A stretch of 64,000 nt of DNA, from contig JAANOX010000203.1 in assembly GCA_020184695.1 (NCBI GenBank), forward strand, positions 30,986 to 94,985. Reading direction: 5' to 3'. Of this stretch, positions 1-10,929 are shown in pieces. The translations under genes and the position numbers were made by a program. Numbering within the stretch: position 1 is the stretch's first letter; each line of letters starts with the position of its first letter. Under the pieces are notes generated by a model, which was given only the letters and a program-made list of their open reading frames with translations, was not told the origin of the DNA and ran no database searches. This stretch comes from Histomonas meleagridis 2922-C6/04-290x. Its lineage: Eukaryota; Protista; Parabasalia.

Positions 1-1626
1 ATGACAAGAGGGCTTCCAGAACTTAAAAAAATTCCTAAAGGCGATATTGATGCAATGCTTAAATGCGTCCAAGAAATGCAACGGAAGCCCTCGGATGCCG
101 CTTTGACTGCAAACAAATTAAAACAAATTTCAAAACAATCAAAACAACGTCAACAAATTGCAAAACAATCAAAATCATATATGGGCGAACTCAAAAAGCT
201 AATTAAAGCTGTTGAAAATACTCAAGATACTGTGACTTCATCGATTATTGATCTTGCTGGAGTTTTACAAGAACTTCCAACTCTTCTAAAGCTTGACGCA
301 GATTTAAAATCAAAGCGTGATGATGACTATGATACATGTAGTGCATTTAAAGAAAGGTTAACTCTCTTGTCCAAACAAAAGCGAACTAAACAAACAAAAG
401 AAATGTTTGATACGTTGACATCTCAATTTAATGCTCACCTTGATTCTCTATCTCTTCCTGAATCATATGATGAAATTGTTGAAATTGTCAATTCAACTAA
501 AATCCATTCCCAACCTAAAACAATCAGCTTTGATCTCAGTGATCTAACTCCTGAGTGGCAGGAAACAATATCTAACCAAATTTCCGAATATATAAATCTT
601 GAAAAAGAACTTAAACAGTCTTTTGATGAGTGGCAAATTTGTAATGGCTATGACCCTGATAAAAAGTATGGTGGTTGGGATGGTCTTGAACATCAACGTT
701 TTCTTCTTTGTGGAAATAATGCAAATCTCGAATTTCCAGACAAAACTGAAGAAGAAATTATTAAACATAAAACATGGACAATAAAGCATCAGTTTCTCTC
801 TAAGAAACGTGAAGCACTTCGCACTGAACTTCGGAAACGAGTTTCAGAGCTTCGCGAGGAAGCCGTTAAAGACGATAAACTCAAAAGTGAAAAAGTGCTC
901 AACGATCAACTTGCCGAGGAACGGCGGTTAGCTCTTGCTGAAGAAAAAGAAAAACTAAATGCCCAATTAGCTATAAGTCGTCACGAAAAGCAAGAACGAG
1001 ACCGTATCAAAGCAGAACAAAAGGCACAAGAGGAAAATTTGAGAAAACAAAAAGAACTCAAAGCCAAAATTAAGCGTACTAAAGAAATTAATGAACTTAA
1101 AGAACATGTTTTAAGTGAGAAACAAAAGAGACAAGCACAAGAGCTTCTCATTCAGCAGAGAAGGCGTGCTGCGGAGAATGAAGCCAAAGCTGATCAACGC
1201 ATTCGACTAAAGGAAATCAAGAAACGTGTCTCCGAACGCGGAGAAATCAATAACGAAAAGATTAGGAAGAAGAAAGAAGAAGAGCAAATGAAGATCGAAC
1301 GTGAAATCGATAGGAAGAAGAGATTAGATGAGCTAGCAAAGAGCGTACGCGATGAGTTTGGGCTTGACGAACTTGAAGCTGATCCAACGCGGCTAACAAA
1401 GATTAATGAAATAAGAAGAAAGGCATTGCATGAAAAAGAAGCAAGGCCAATGTTTGTTGGAACTTCATTTGCAAGCAGCGTTATCGAGGCGGACCCAAGA
1501 ATAAGGGTAGAGAACGCGTTAAGAGAGGCCGGACTAATGAATTCTGCTTATGCACAAGAGGTGATACAGAAAATGGCTTTGCTCAGACCAAGCGTAAATA
1601 TGCCGTCACAAATCAGTTTCGGCTGA
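1..1626 (+). CDS. Coiled-coil protein, CCDC112-like (may be 5'-incomplete at window edge)
   Basis: 541-aa ORF with long E/K/R-rich heptads; motif GGWDGLEHQRFL...KHKTW resembles the CCDC112 family (recalled, not searched). Confidence 0.55.
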   Translation: MTRGLPELKKIPKGDIDAMLKCVQEMQRKPSDAALTANKLKQISKQSKQRQQIAKQSKSYMGELKKLIKAVENTQDTVTSSIIDLAGVLQELPTLLKLDADLKSKRDDDYDTCSAFKERLTLLSKQKRTKQTKEMFDTLTSQFNAHLDSLSLPESYDEIVEIVNSTKIHSQPKTISFDLSDLTPEWQETISNQISEYINLEKELKQSFDEWQICNGYDPDKKYGGWDGLEHQRFLLCGNNANLEFPDKTEEEIIKHKTWTIKHQFLSKKREALRTELRKRVSELREEAVKDDKLKSEKVLNDQLAEERRLALAEEKEKLNAQLAISRHEKQERDRIKAEQKAQEENLRKQKELKAKIKRTKEINELKEHVLSEKQKRQAQELLIQQRRRAAENEAKADQRIRLKEIKKRVSERGEINNEKIRKKKEEEQMKIEREIDRKKRLDELAKSVRDEFGLDELEADPTRLTKINEIRRKALHEKEARPMFVGTSFASSVIEADPRIRVENALREAGLMNSAYAQEVIQKMALLRPSVNMPSQISFG

Positions 1627-1872
1627 ACAGTTTGAAATCTTTTGGTTATAAAATTATTAAAATTGTTTGGAAGATATTTCTTTATATAATACAATAATTT
1701 CGTAATATAACAATGAATTACATTTGGTAATCAAAACTTTTCTTCAAAATTCTTTATAAAGAATTCAATCATTGTAATTGTTCATCATCAAAATAAATAA
1801 AAAAGTGACTTAATTTCAAGTGCTGGCCGTTTATAAATGAACTGACCAAATACTCGGGGGTTTTAATGGGAA

Positions 1873-3297
1873 ATGATTTCTTATGCGCTCCAAAAAAGCC
1901 CTAAAGAAAACAATTCATTTCAACATAGATCAAAACATTTTACAAACCCCCTTTATATGGGGTTTAAAAATAGAGTACTAACTCAACTGGAAACAAGTCC
2001 AAAATCATATGACGATTTATCTCTTGATTTGAAACTTAAAAAAAATCTTTCTTTCCTTTTAAGTAGTAATGAAGAATTAATCAACAATGCTTTATTTGAG
2101 TTAATTTCATTATCTGAAATAAATGTTAATCCAATCCTTCAAAATGACGTTTTAACACCTAATCACATAAAACGTCTTGTAAAAACATTAACCAGCGAAG
2201 TGACGTGTACAAACTCTCTTAATTTTATATTTATTTTAATATCTAATGATTCTGAATTTGATGAAAAATTTCTTGAACTTCAAATTCATGAAGGCCTAAA
2301 AAGCATAATGACTAGCAGTCAAGATGCTGAGCAATTATGCTTTGCTCTTCAAATCTGTTCAATTTTTTGTTCACGTGATATCCAATTTCGCGACTTATTA
2401 TTTAAAGATCCTGATTTATTTTCTCAAATTTTATTTTTTCTTTCCGATGGCACTGAGGATATGCAACTTTTCACATCTACTCTCATATTAAAATCTCTTC
2501 AAAAAGGTCAATGTCATCCACAATTTTCACGAAATAGTTTAAGTTTCATTTCGCTTATGTTAAAAAATCCGAACGTTGACATTGTGAATTGCGGATTTTC
2601 ATCATTATCATATGCTTCTGTCGAAACTGAAGATGTATTATCAATGCTTAATGATGGCGAAATAATTCTTTACTTAACAAATCTTGTTGGCGAAAGCCAA
2701 TGTTTTGATACTGAAATTAACATCATAAATTACTTCTCCAAATTTTGTACATTTGGCGATCAAATCATATTTTATTTCATTGAATACAAATCGCTACAAA
2801 AGATTAAAATCTATTTTGATTTGAATAATTTGCAATATATAACTAATTTTTGTGATTTAATTATAAACTTCATAGTAAATACAAGTGCTTATGTTAATGA
2901 ATTGTTTGAACTGATCGTGGATTTCCCTTTTAATGAAATAATTGAAAATATGAACTTTAAATTAAAAGAGCGAATTTTGCATTTGCTAAGAATTTGTTTC
3001 ACAAGATTTACAACATTACAAGTGGAACAAATATTAAATATCGACTTGTTTAAAACAATTCTTTCATTGATTGATTCGGGAAATGAAAATATTTTGATAT
3101 ATGATTCATGTTTTTGTGTGTTGGATGTGTTGTCGAAGGATATATCATTTAGAAATGAAATGATTGAGCTGTTGAAACAAAATGATGTAATTCAACAATT
3201 GGAAATAATTTCGAATACAAATGAAGATGAAAGTGCTCAATATGCGTCGAGGATTCTTTCGTTAATTTCTGAAAATGAAAATTTAAATCAGTATTAA
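1873..3297 (+). CDS. ARM/HEAT-like helical repeat protein
   Basis: 474-aa ORF with Leu/Ile-rich helical periodicity; C-terminus ...SAQYASRILSLI resembles importin-alpha-like ends. Confidence 0.55.
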   Translation: MISYALQKSPKENNSFQHRSKHFTNPLYMGFKNRVLTQLETSPKSYDDLSLDLKLKKNLSFLLSSNEELINNALFELISLSEINVNPILQNDVLTPNHIKRLVKTLTSEVTCTNSLNFIFILISNDSEFDEKFLELQIHEGLKSIMTSSQDAEQLCFALQICSIFCSRDIQFRDLLFKDPDLFSQILFFLSDGTEDMQLFTSTLILKSLQKGQCHPQFSRNSLSFISLMLKNPNVDIVNCGFSSLSYASVETEDVLSMLNDGEIILYLTNLVGESQCFDTEINIINYFSKFCTFGDQIIFYFIEYKSLQKIKIYFDLNNLQYITNFCDLIINFIVNTSAYVNELFELIVDFPFNEIIENMNFKLKERILHLLRICFTRFTTLQVEQILNIDLFKTILSLIDSGNENILIYDSCFCVLDVLSKDISFRNEMIELLKQNDVIQQLEIISNTNEDESAQYASRILSLISENENLNQY

Positions 3298-3908
3298 TGT
3301 TGTATTTAAATAAAAAAGTTTTAAAGATTCATTATAAATTGACCAAAATTAGCTTCACATTAAAATTTATTTAATATAAATTTTAGGAAAATGTATCACC
3401 TATATCCTTCACTAATGGTTATTCATTTTATAAATTTGGATAATAAATAGAAAAATAATCATCAGCGAGATCTGTAATTGGAATTTCAATAAAAATGATC
3501 ATTTTTCGTTCGCTAAGAAATTTGAATTAAAGTAACGATTTGCCAAATTGAAAGTTCAATGAACCAGTAAAAAAATTGTATTTCGATCAAAAAAACGATA
3601 TTATTTTGGTGTTTGGCCAGATATTGATTCAATTCCAAAGTTGGCTGTTAACAAATTCTGCCTAACTTAGACAAATAGTGATCGTTTTTTGAACAAAAAA
3701 CGAAAGAAACAAAATTTCGATCTATAAACATCAATTTAAAATATAAATATTTTTCAAAAATCATCAAAAATCATTTTCTCAGTAAATGAACATATTTAAA
3801 ACATATAATTTTTGTGGGAATAGCGAAAATTACGATCTTTTTTGATCGAATGATTGACTTCAAAAGTGTAAACAGTGACGATCAAAAATTTGACGCTTTT
3901 CAAAATCA

Positions 3909-5075
3909 ATGGAAGATCCTCAATCGGAGGATCCTCAAGCAGAACAAAAAACAATTGACGCTGTAAGTTTTGCTGATTCTCTATCTTCTTTTGGGTGCTC
4001 TATGCGAGATCGTTTTATTAAAATTTTTTCTTCTGCATGGAATAAATTTTCACCAAACCAAGAAAACGATAATAATCAAATGAATTTTACCGCTCGTATA
4101 TCAGATTTTATTGATAAGAAAATAAGATTAAGAGAACGTCTAACCTCTCTTGTTGATTATGTTGTTCCAGATTTTAAACCAGATGATATTATTTTCGATT
4201 CAGACATGGAAATAGACTCTGCTTTCGGAAGCCAAAGAGGAGGTACTAAGTTTCTTGATCTTTATACAGCTCAAGATATTACCGGTTTTATTCAAAACTC
4301 AAAACTTGGCGAATTACTTAGTCAAGGCCCCTTTAAAGATTGGTACATTGAGCTTGATCTCTCAGATTGTTTTGTTCATTATGCTTATATGAGGTTAAAA
4401 TCCCTTCCAGAGAAAGAAAAATTCATAGGTTTTCTTATAGCACAAAAAGGACCACTTCGCCTTAAGTCTGCAGGCCAAAACGAGACTCCAGGTCAAAAAA
4501 TTGTACATTCAAAATTACCAGAAGATCTTAATATGTTAAATATCCGATGGTTTGCACTTCAAAACCCATTTGCCAAGTTCTCCGCCAAGAGGCCACGCCT
4601 GCCAGGCCAGAATTACCCAGGAACAGGACTTGCACGTGAAGCATACAACCTTTTGGTAACTTTATCGAAAAGTGCTAAGCGTGATGGAATTTTAAACGTA
4701 CCAGAACATTTCCATAATGCATTTCTCTATGAAAATTTCTTGTTTTTAGATCCTGACGATCAAGGAATGTTTGAAAAGATGTCCGAGGACCTTAATAAGG
4801 ACATAAATGAAAGAGGTCTTGCAGCAGTAAGTTGGGCTATTTACTTTGGTTTTCTTAGATGTGATGAAGAGGTTGCTAAATGGGGTCAGTATGAACAAGT
4901 ATTACCATTATCAGCAAAATTAGAAAGATATTTCCAATCAACAGATTATAAGAATGAAGTATTAGCTGCAAAACAAAGAAGAGGAAAATACCACATATTA
5001 TGGGAAGAGGCAGAAAGCTATTGTTTGTCTGCAATTATTAGCTTTAGTGGTGATGATGTTCAAAAAGATAAGTAA
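3909..5075 (+). CDS. Hypothetical protein with a bacterial-like domain (RPRLPGQxxPGxG...DGILNVPEHFHNA)
   Basis: 388-aa intact ORF; motif recalled from bacterial proteins often fused to AcuC/HDAC-family domains. Confidence 0.5.
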   Translation: MEDPQSEDPQAEQKTIDAVSFADSLSSFGCSMRDRFIKIFSSAWNKFSPNQENDNNQMNFTARISDFIDKKIRLRERLTSLVDYVVPDFKPDDIIFDSDMEIDSAFGSQRGGTKFLDLYTAQDITGFIQNSKLGELLSQGPFKDWYIELDLSDCFVHYAYMRLKSLPEKEKFIGFLIAQKGPLRLKSAGQNETPGQKIVHSKLPEDLNMLNIRWFALQNPFAKFSAKRPRLPGQNYPGTGLAREAYNLLVTLSKSAKRDGILNVPEHFHNAFLYENFLFLDPDDQGMFEKMSEDLNKDINERGLAAVSWAIYFGFLRCDEEVAKWGQYEQVLPLSAKLERYFQSTDYKNEVLAAKQRRGKYHILWEEAESYCLSAIISFSGDDVQKDK

Positions 5076-5443
5076 AGATAATGAAAATATGTAATTGTTT
5101 GAGCATTCCTAAAAATGATTTTATCCCTAAAACTTAATCTCGAAAAACTAAAACACATTTTGATTCAGATATCTTTGGTGTTGTCCACTATAGAATATGT
5201 GTTCTATATTTCAGTAGCGATAATGCCTATGCATTGCTTAGATAGAATTTCTTTAACTATGCGTTTTTTGGCATTTCATGAAATTATTTTGCGAAATTCA
5301 ACAAACCGCTGACGATGTTATCGCACATTCAAAATCGTTTACAATTCAATTTCCACTTTTTCTAAAACAAAATAACTTTTTAATAAATTTATATTTGAAT
5401 GGTTCGCTCTTGAACACATTTGCAACACATGAAGAACTTTTCG

Positions 5444-7345
5444 TTAAGGCATTTCTTCTTTGCCTCCAATTTTAATATTTCTAGACCTCACTAATGTCAC
5501 AATTACCCAAACATATGTAATAATCAAAAAGTAGGTAAAAACGGATGTGAATATCGAGAACGCGCCACCATGGAAATACCCGATTACGAACCATGCCACA
5601 GTCACAATGAACACGCATATCCAAGAGATCACAAATTCGATGATTTGGGAGATGCATAACTTTTGTGACTCGAACCAAATTCCTGCAATGTTTAAGAATT
5701 GAATAAAGAACATTAAGTAATAAAACATCAAAACAGCGAATGTCATTGTGTCAAAGCTTAAGCAATCTCCAGCTTTATAACCCCATATCCAAATAACTGC
5801 AACAAGATGTTCGACCTGTGTTTCTATGTATGGTATTATATAGATCCAACAGAACAAGAAGATGAACAGCAGATATAAATGTAATGGTAACTTTCGAGGT
5901 CGTGTCCAAAAATGTAATAAGCCCAAATAGAATTGTTGGAAAATTGTATATTCTCCTTCAGAATAAAACATAAAATCACTAAAATTATCAAGTTTCGATT
6001 TAAGTGGTATCCAATATGGTATTATACGAACAAATGCAATGGCTAAAAAGATCATTGAAAAAGGGAAAATTACGATACCGAAATTCAACGATATCTTTTC
6101 GGTTATGACGGGTGAAGTTTCACCAACAAAAAACTCAAATTCTTTTGTAGAATCTCCTTCAATGCGCAAGTTATGTCGTCCATTTTCAACTGTTACATTT
6201 AATGAATAAAGTCTTGTCCTGTTGTTAATTTGTCGAGTCATTGGTATATTTCCAATTAGGACATTATCAATATATAAATCAAGTGTTAAAACTGATGATG
6301 AAAAGCCTAAAACTCGAACTGGAAATGAGTTCACATTAAACACTTGATGCTTATGGACTTGATTTAATGGGGTTGGATATGTGACAGCAATTATATTTTC
6401 ATCTGCTGGCGTTATTTCAGAATATGCAATGGCATTCTTTTCAATGGTAATAAATCCAGCATGTGTATAACGACGTGATATTGGACATATGACTGATAAT
6501 GTATCATTCACATGTTGAACATCTATCGATCGAGGGTGTGTATGACCGGCAATATACAAATGAGAACGTGTTATTACTGAACGTAAGCTTTCCCCATTTG
6601 GTGCGGATCGTTCCCAGATTGTCGATACTGGAAAATGTGATACAATTATATTCGTACCATTATCATAAATGCTACGTCTTAGTAAATCAACATCGTCTGG
6701 GTGAACTTGTGGTAGAGATCCAAATGGTGTGGTTGGGAGTGGTGGATGTAATACTGCAAATGATATAAAATTAATTGGTCCAATACTTGTGTTGATAGAA
6801 AATATTGTGCCTGTTTCACTGAGTTCATTATGAAAGGCAAATTTTTTGTAATAATTTAATGGCGTATCATCACCAGCAACTTTGAAATAATCATGGTTGC
6901 CTGGATATTCTAAAAGAACCCTTCCTTCTTTAACAAGACCTGACTCATATCTAGAATTGTTATATAAAACCCAATTTTGATAATTTGATGAATATATCTG
7001 AAAGAATGAACTACCTGCGGATGAGTCTGTAATGTCTCCTGATAATACAACAAGAGATGGATCTATTTTATCTGAAATATTTTTCATAAAGTTTTCGACA
7101 TTAGTAACTTGTTCTGGAATTTGTGTAAAATGCGTATCTGAAATTTGTACAAAGTAATAAGGTTCTTCTGTAAATTCTTCTGTTTTAACTTTTGAATTAA
7201 TTGGAGTGACACTGACATTTCCAGTCGTGAAAAAAACAACAATTATAACTACTGCAATTATAATAAAGCTTAAAAAGTGTGAGAAAAAATATGGAAGAAT
7301 TTTGATATTGTTTTGCCTTTCTTGTGTTGAGTCTTCCAAAATCAA
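5444..7345 (-). CDS. Membrane-anchored calcineurin-like metallophosphoesterase, TMEM62-like
   Basis: MPP motifs ISDTHF, SGDITD, PGNHD, SHFP, AGHTH; N-terminal TM anchor and several C-terminal TM segments. Confidence 0.8.
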   Translation of the reverse strand: MILEDSTQERQNNIKILPYFFSHFLSFIIIAVVIIVVFFTTGNVSVTPINSKVKTEEFTEEPYYFVQISDTHFTQIPEQVTNVENFMKNISDKIDPSLVVLSGDITDSSAGSSFFQIYSSNYQNWVLYNNSRYESGLVKEGRVLLEYPGNHDYFKVAGDDTPLNYYKKFAFHNELSETGTIFSINTSIGPINFISFAVLHPPLPTTPFGSLPQVHPDDVDLLRRSIYDNGTNIIVSHFPVSTIWERSAPNGESLRSVITRSHLYIAGHTHPRSIDVQHVNDTLSVICPISRRYTHAGFITIEKNAIAYSEITPADENIIAVTYPTPLNQVHKHQVFNVNSFPVRVLGFSSSVLTLDLYIDNVLIGNIPMTRQINNRTRLYSLNVTVENGRHNLRIEGDSTKEFEFFVGETSPVITEKISLNFGIVIFPFSMIFLAIAFVRIIPYWIPLKSKLDNFSDFMFYSEGEYTIFQQFYLGLLHFWTRPRKLPLHLYLLFIFLFCWIYIIPYIETQVEHLVAVIWIWGYKAGDCLSFDTMTFAVLMFYYLMFFIQFLNIAGIWFESQKLCISQIIEFVISWICVFIVTVAWFVIGYFHGGAFSIFTSVFTYFLIITYVWVIVTLVRSRNIKIGGKEEMP

Positions 7346-7498
7346 AATGCCGTTTCGTTCTGAAGCGTGTTTTTCAATAATTTACAAAATAGTATTTTGC
7401 AGAAAAACGAACGATAAAATTTGAATGCATAATTTGGGCAAATATTTCGGTTATTATGGTGCATTTCTGAAATTTTTATTATCGTAAATAACCACTTA

Positions 7499-7891
7499 TG
7501 ACTCAAAATTCTGTAATATCACAGCACTGATGTGACACCTTTGGTCGCGAATCAAATTCCAATTTCTTAGATTCAAACATTCAATCCAGAATTGTCCTTG
7601 TCGTGTCTTATGTATTAACACGTTGTTAGACGAATATATTCTGTGACTATCTGATGAAAAACATGCGAAATTTTTCAAAAAAAGACTTGGAGACGTGGCA
7701 ACTTTTTTTGAGTTCAATTCAGAGTGAGACCAAAAAATTGAATGCTTATTAATGTATCGGATTTTTACGATAAATGACAAAAATTCTCATATGGGGCGCC
7801 CCAATTCCTTGGGAGTCCACTAAGAAGCTGGAATTTGATTCGCGACCAAAGGTGTCACATCAGTGCTGTGATCTTACAGAATGCTGTGTCA
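7499..7891. mobile_element. MITE-like element with long terminal inverted repeats
   Basis: 7509-7561 is the reverse complement of 7829-7881 (53 bp, 1 mismatch), extending imperfectly to about 70 bp; no credible ORF inside; no clear TSD. Confidence 0.55.
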
Positions 7892-8125
7892 AGTTGTGAC
7901 TGGCCACATAAAAGTGAATTTTTAAAATGTTTTCAACCCACGTGTGCGAGTAGTTCTGTGTTACAAGAAATAAATTTTTCTTAAACATTTGTTTTACTTT
8001 TACCCTAAGATACAATTGGAATGGTTGTGTATTTATATTTTAAGTTGGTTCCCTTTGGTAACTGCTGAAGAGAGAGTTCCATTAACGTTCTTTGCAATGA
8101 CACTTTTTGTACCCAAGAGCAAAAC

Positions 8126-9244
8126 ATGGAAGTCAGCACATTAGTTTTTGATAATGGGGCATATACAATTCGTGCTGGTCTTGGTGGAGATATAGAACCA
8201 TCATGCGTGATTCCATCAGTTGTTGGGTGGACCAAAGGTGCGACATCACCAACAAATTCTGATGGTTCATTAAATTATTTTATTGGCCCAGAATCACTTG
8301 TTAACCTGTCTGCCATTTTATTAAAGCGACCTATAGAAAACAGAATTATTACAAACTTTGATGATATGGAAAAACTTTGGAATCATATCTTTACAAATGA
8401 ACTTTGTATGAAACCAGAAGAACACCCAGTTTTAATGACAGAATCACCAGATAATACCAAACCAGCACGTGAGAAGACTCTTCAAATAATGATGGAAACT
8501 TTTCAAATACCAGCCTTTTATCTTTCATATCCCGAAGTTCTTTCACTCTTTAGTGCTGGCATCACCACAGGCACAGTTATTGATTCCGGGGAAACCCTTA
8601 CACATATTCTCCCAGTTTTTGAATGTTTTGGCATGACACATGTTCAATCCAAACTTGAAGTTGGAGGACGTCAGCTGAATGGTTATCTTAAGAAGCTCAT
8701 TCTTCAATCCGGTGTTAAACTTCCATCTGGCTATGAACGTGAAAGCATTCGTGACATCAAAGAAAAGCTTTGTTACGTAGCTACAGACATTGATGCAGAA
8801 ATGCAGAAGATAGAGCAAATGAACGCATCCGAGAAGCCATTCGTCCTCAGGAACGGTCAGGAGATCAAAATCACATCACAGAAATTTCAATGCACCGAAC
8901 CACTTTTTGAGCCGGAGCTCCTTCAACTCGAATCCCAAGGCATCCCACAGCTTGTTTTCAACGCAATCGATAAATGCGATGACTTAAAAGCGCAAATGTT
9001 CGGTAATATTATGCTCACAGGAGGAAATTCAATGTTTCCAGGATTCGCTGAAAGACTCGAAAAAGATATTTCTGCAATCGAAAAGAATGAAAAGGTTAAT
9101 GTAATCGCTTTGCCAAATAGGAAAAATGCTGCTTGGATAGGAGGTTCTGTCTTGGTGTCACTTGCAACATTTAGTCAGGCGTGGATCACTAAGGCAGAAT
9201 ATGACGAAGTCGGACCTTCAATTATGCACTTGAAGTGCTTTTAA
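8126..9244 (+). CDS. Actin-family protein (divergent actin/ARP)
   Basis: VFDNGAYTIRAG, HPVLMTE, VIDSGE, IMLTGGNSMFPGFAERL, AWIGGSVL, EYDEVGPSIMHLKCF. Confidence 0.92.
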   Translation: MEVSTLVFDNGAYTIRAGLGGDIEPSCVIPSVVGWTKGATSPTNSDGSLNYFIGPESLVNLSAILLKRPIENRIITNFDDMEKLWNHIFTNELCMKPEEHPVLMTESPDNTKPAREKTLQIMMETFQIPAFYLSYPEVLSLFSAGITTGTVIDSGETLTHILPVFECFGMTHVQSKLEVGGRQLNGYLKKLILQSGVKLPSGYERESIRDIKEKLCYVATDIDAEMQKIEQMNASEKPFVLRNGQEIKITSQKFQCTEPLFEPELLQLESQGIPQLVFNAIDKCDDLKAQMFGNIMLTGGNSMFPGFAERLEKDISAIEKNEKVNVIALPNRKNAAWIGGSVLVSLATFSQAWITKAEYDEVGPSIMHLKCF

Positions 9245-9704
9245 TAATAATAAAAAGAAAACGTTAATGAGAATTTCATCAATTAAAATTCGCAATTAGT
9301 GATCAAGAATTTTTATTAAGTCGTAATGCATTCGAAAATGAATCGGGTTGGCGAACTGGATGTCTTTAGATGAGTGTACCAAAAGTCGTTTGAATATTCA
9401 CAAAATCGAGATTTAAATCTATATGTAGATCAAATTCATCTTCATAAAGTAAAGATATTTATTGTAAAGGATCTTCAAATCTTTTTTATTATTATGATTA
9501 TTTTTTGCTGTTAGTCCCAAAAACCGAAGGACAAACGATAGATAAATTAAATGATCAGGAAACTGTTTTCCACAGAAAAAAGCTATCGGCGTTATATGAA
9601 ATGCTTCTTTGCTGAATAAATATTTTTAAAGGATTAAAGAGTGGAAGCAAATGAATTTTCTTCATTCTTTATAAAAAACAAATATTACATACGAAAGCTA
9701 AAGT

Positions 9705-10262
9705 TTAACAACAACTTTTTTTCTGTTCTTGCTCGATTTCTTCAGATTTATCAAAATCTGAAACTTTTGATGCACCTTCTGCAACCATATCGAAAAGCTT
9801 TGTAACATTAAGACCTCGTTTTGCAGATGTTAATATAAAGTCGAAATTGTTGGTTTTTGCCCATTCTTTCATTGATAAGATAAACTCCGAATTTTCATCT
9901 TGAACCAAATCGAGTTTATTCCCAACAACTATCCCATAAAACTCTGTCTTTATCGATTCTGTGAAGTTGCTTAACCATCCTTTAAGCTCTTTTGCAGTAT
10001 TCTCACGAGTCAAATCAAAAACCAAGATAACTGCGTGAGCTCCTCGATAATAAATTGGACCTAGGGCTTTGTATTGTTCCATTCCTGCAGTGTCCCATAT
10101 GTTTAAAGAAATTTGTTGATGATTAATTGTTGTTTGATATATATAATTTCCTGCACCTACAGTTGATTGATAATCAGAAGAAAAACAATTGTACTGAATT
10201 TTGTTCGAAAGTGAAGTTTTTCCAACAGCAATTGGACCGATCAGCACAGCTTTCCGATCCAT
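9705..10262 (-). CDS. Rab-family small GTPase (start likely MDRKAV at 10262, not the ORF-track start)
   Basis: GPIAVGKT, WDTAG, GNKLD, TSAK, C-terminal CC. Confidence 0.9.
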   Translation of the reverse strand: MDRKAVLIGPIAVGKTSLSNKIQYNCFSSDYQSTVGAGNYIYQTTINHQQISLNIWDTAGMEQYKALGPIYYRGAHAVILVFDLTRENTAKELKGWLSNFTESIKTEFYGIVVGNKLDLVQDENSEFILSMKEWAKTNNFDFILTSAKRGLNVTKLFDMVAEGASKVSDFDKSEEIEQEQKKSCC

Positions 10263-10528
10263 TGTTCTGCCTGAACATTTTACATTCGATTCAAAAGCAA
10301 CCCGTTTGACGGTTATTTTATCAAAACGAAAAATGCTGAATTGAGGATTTAATACATTATAACCCAAATTTAAGCTATCATATATCCTTGAAAATCATCG
10401 AGTATGATATTTGCTTGTGTGTTTTTTATTCAAATTTGCATAATTCAAAAAATAGTTATATCTCAAAGTTAATTCCATGATCACCTTTGTAAAAATCTAC
10501 TACATAAGTATGCCACTATGACAAGTGT

Positions 10529-10532
<4 letters not shown>

Positions 10533-10565
<33 letters not shown>
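10533..10565. repeat. (TA)n microsatellite
   Basis: About 16 TA units read directly. Confidence 0.95.
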
Positions 10566-10568
<3 letters not shown>

Positions 10569-10929
10569 ATCAATTTAAAAAAAAAAAAAAACAGAGGAAA
10601 ACCCCTATGAAAAAGTTGTTTTTTGACTTGAAAATGATCGAATTATAAGTTTGTAAAACATGTTTCAATACTTTACTTTTCTGAAAAATATTAATTTTTA
10701 CAAGAAATCAATCAAATTATGTAAGATGAACATACATGAATTGAGTAAGCACTGATATGCTGAAGATAGTTGAAATATCTATTTAAGCTTAGAATATAAA
10801 ATAATTTAATACAATTTGTCACCAGATAAAGTTGGTTCGTTGTAGTTTACGACCGAATGGTGTTCAATTACAAACTTTTTCAGAGAGGGGTCCTTAACTG
10901 TGACTTCCCCCATTCCTCTTTTTATCTAA

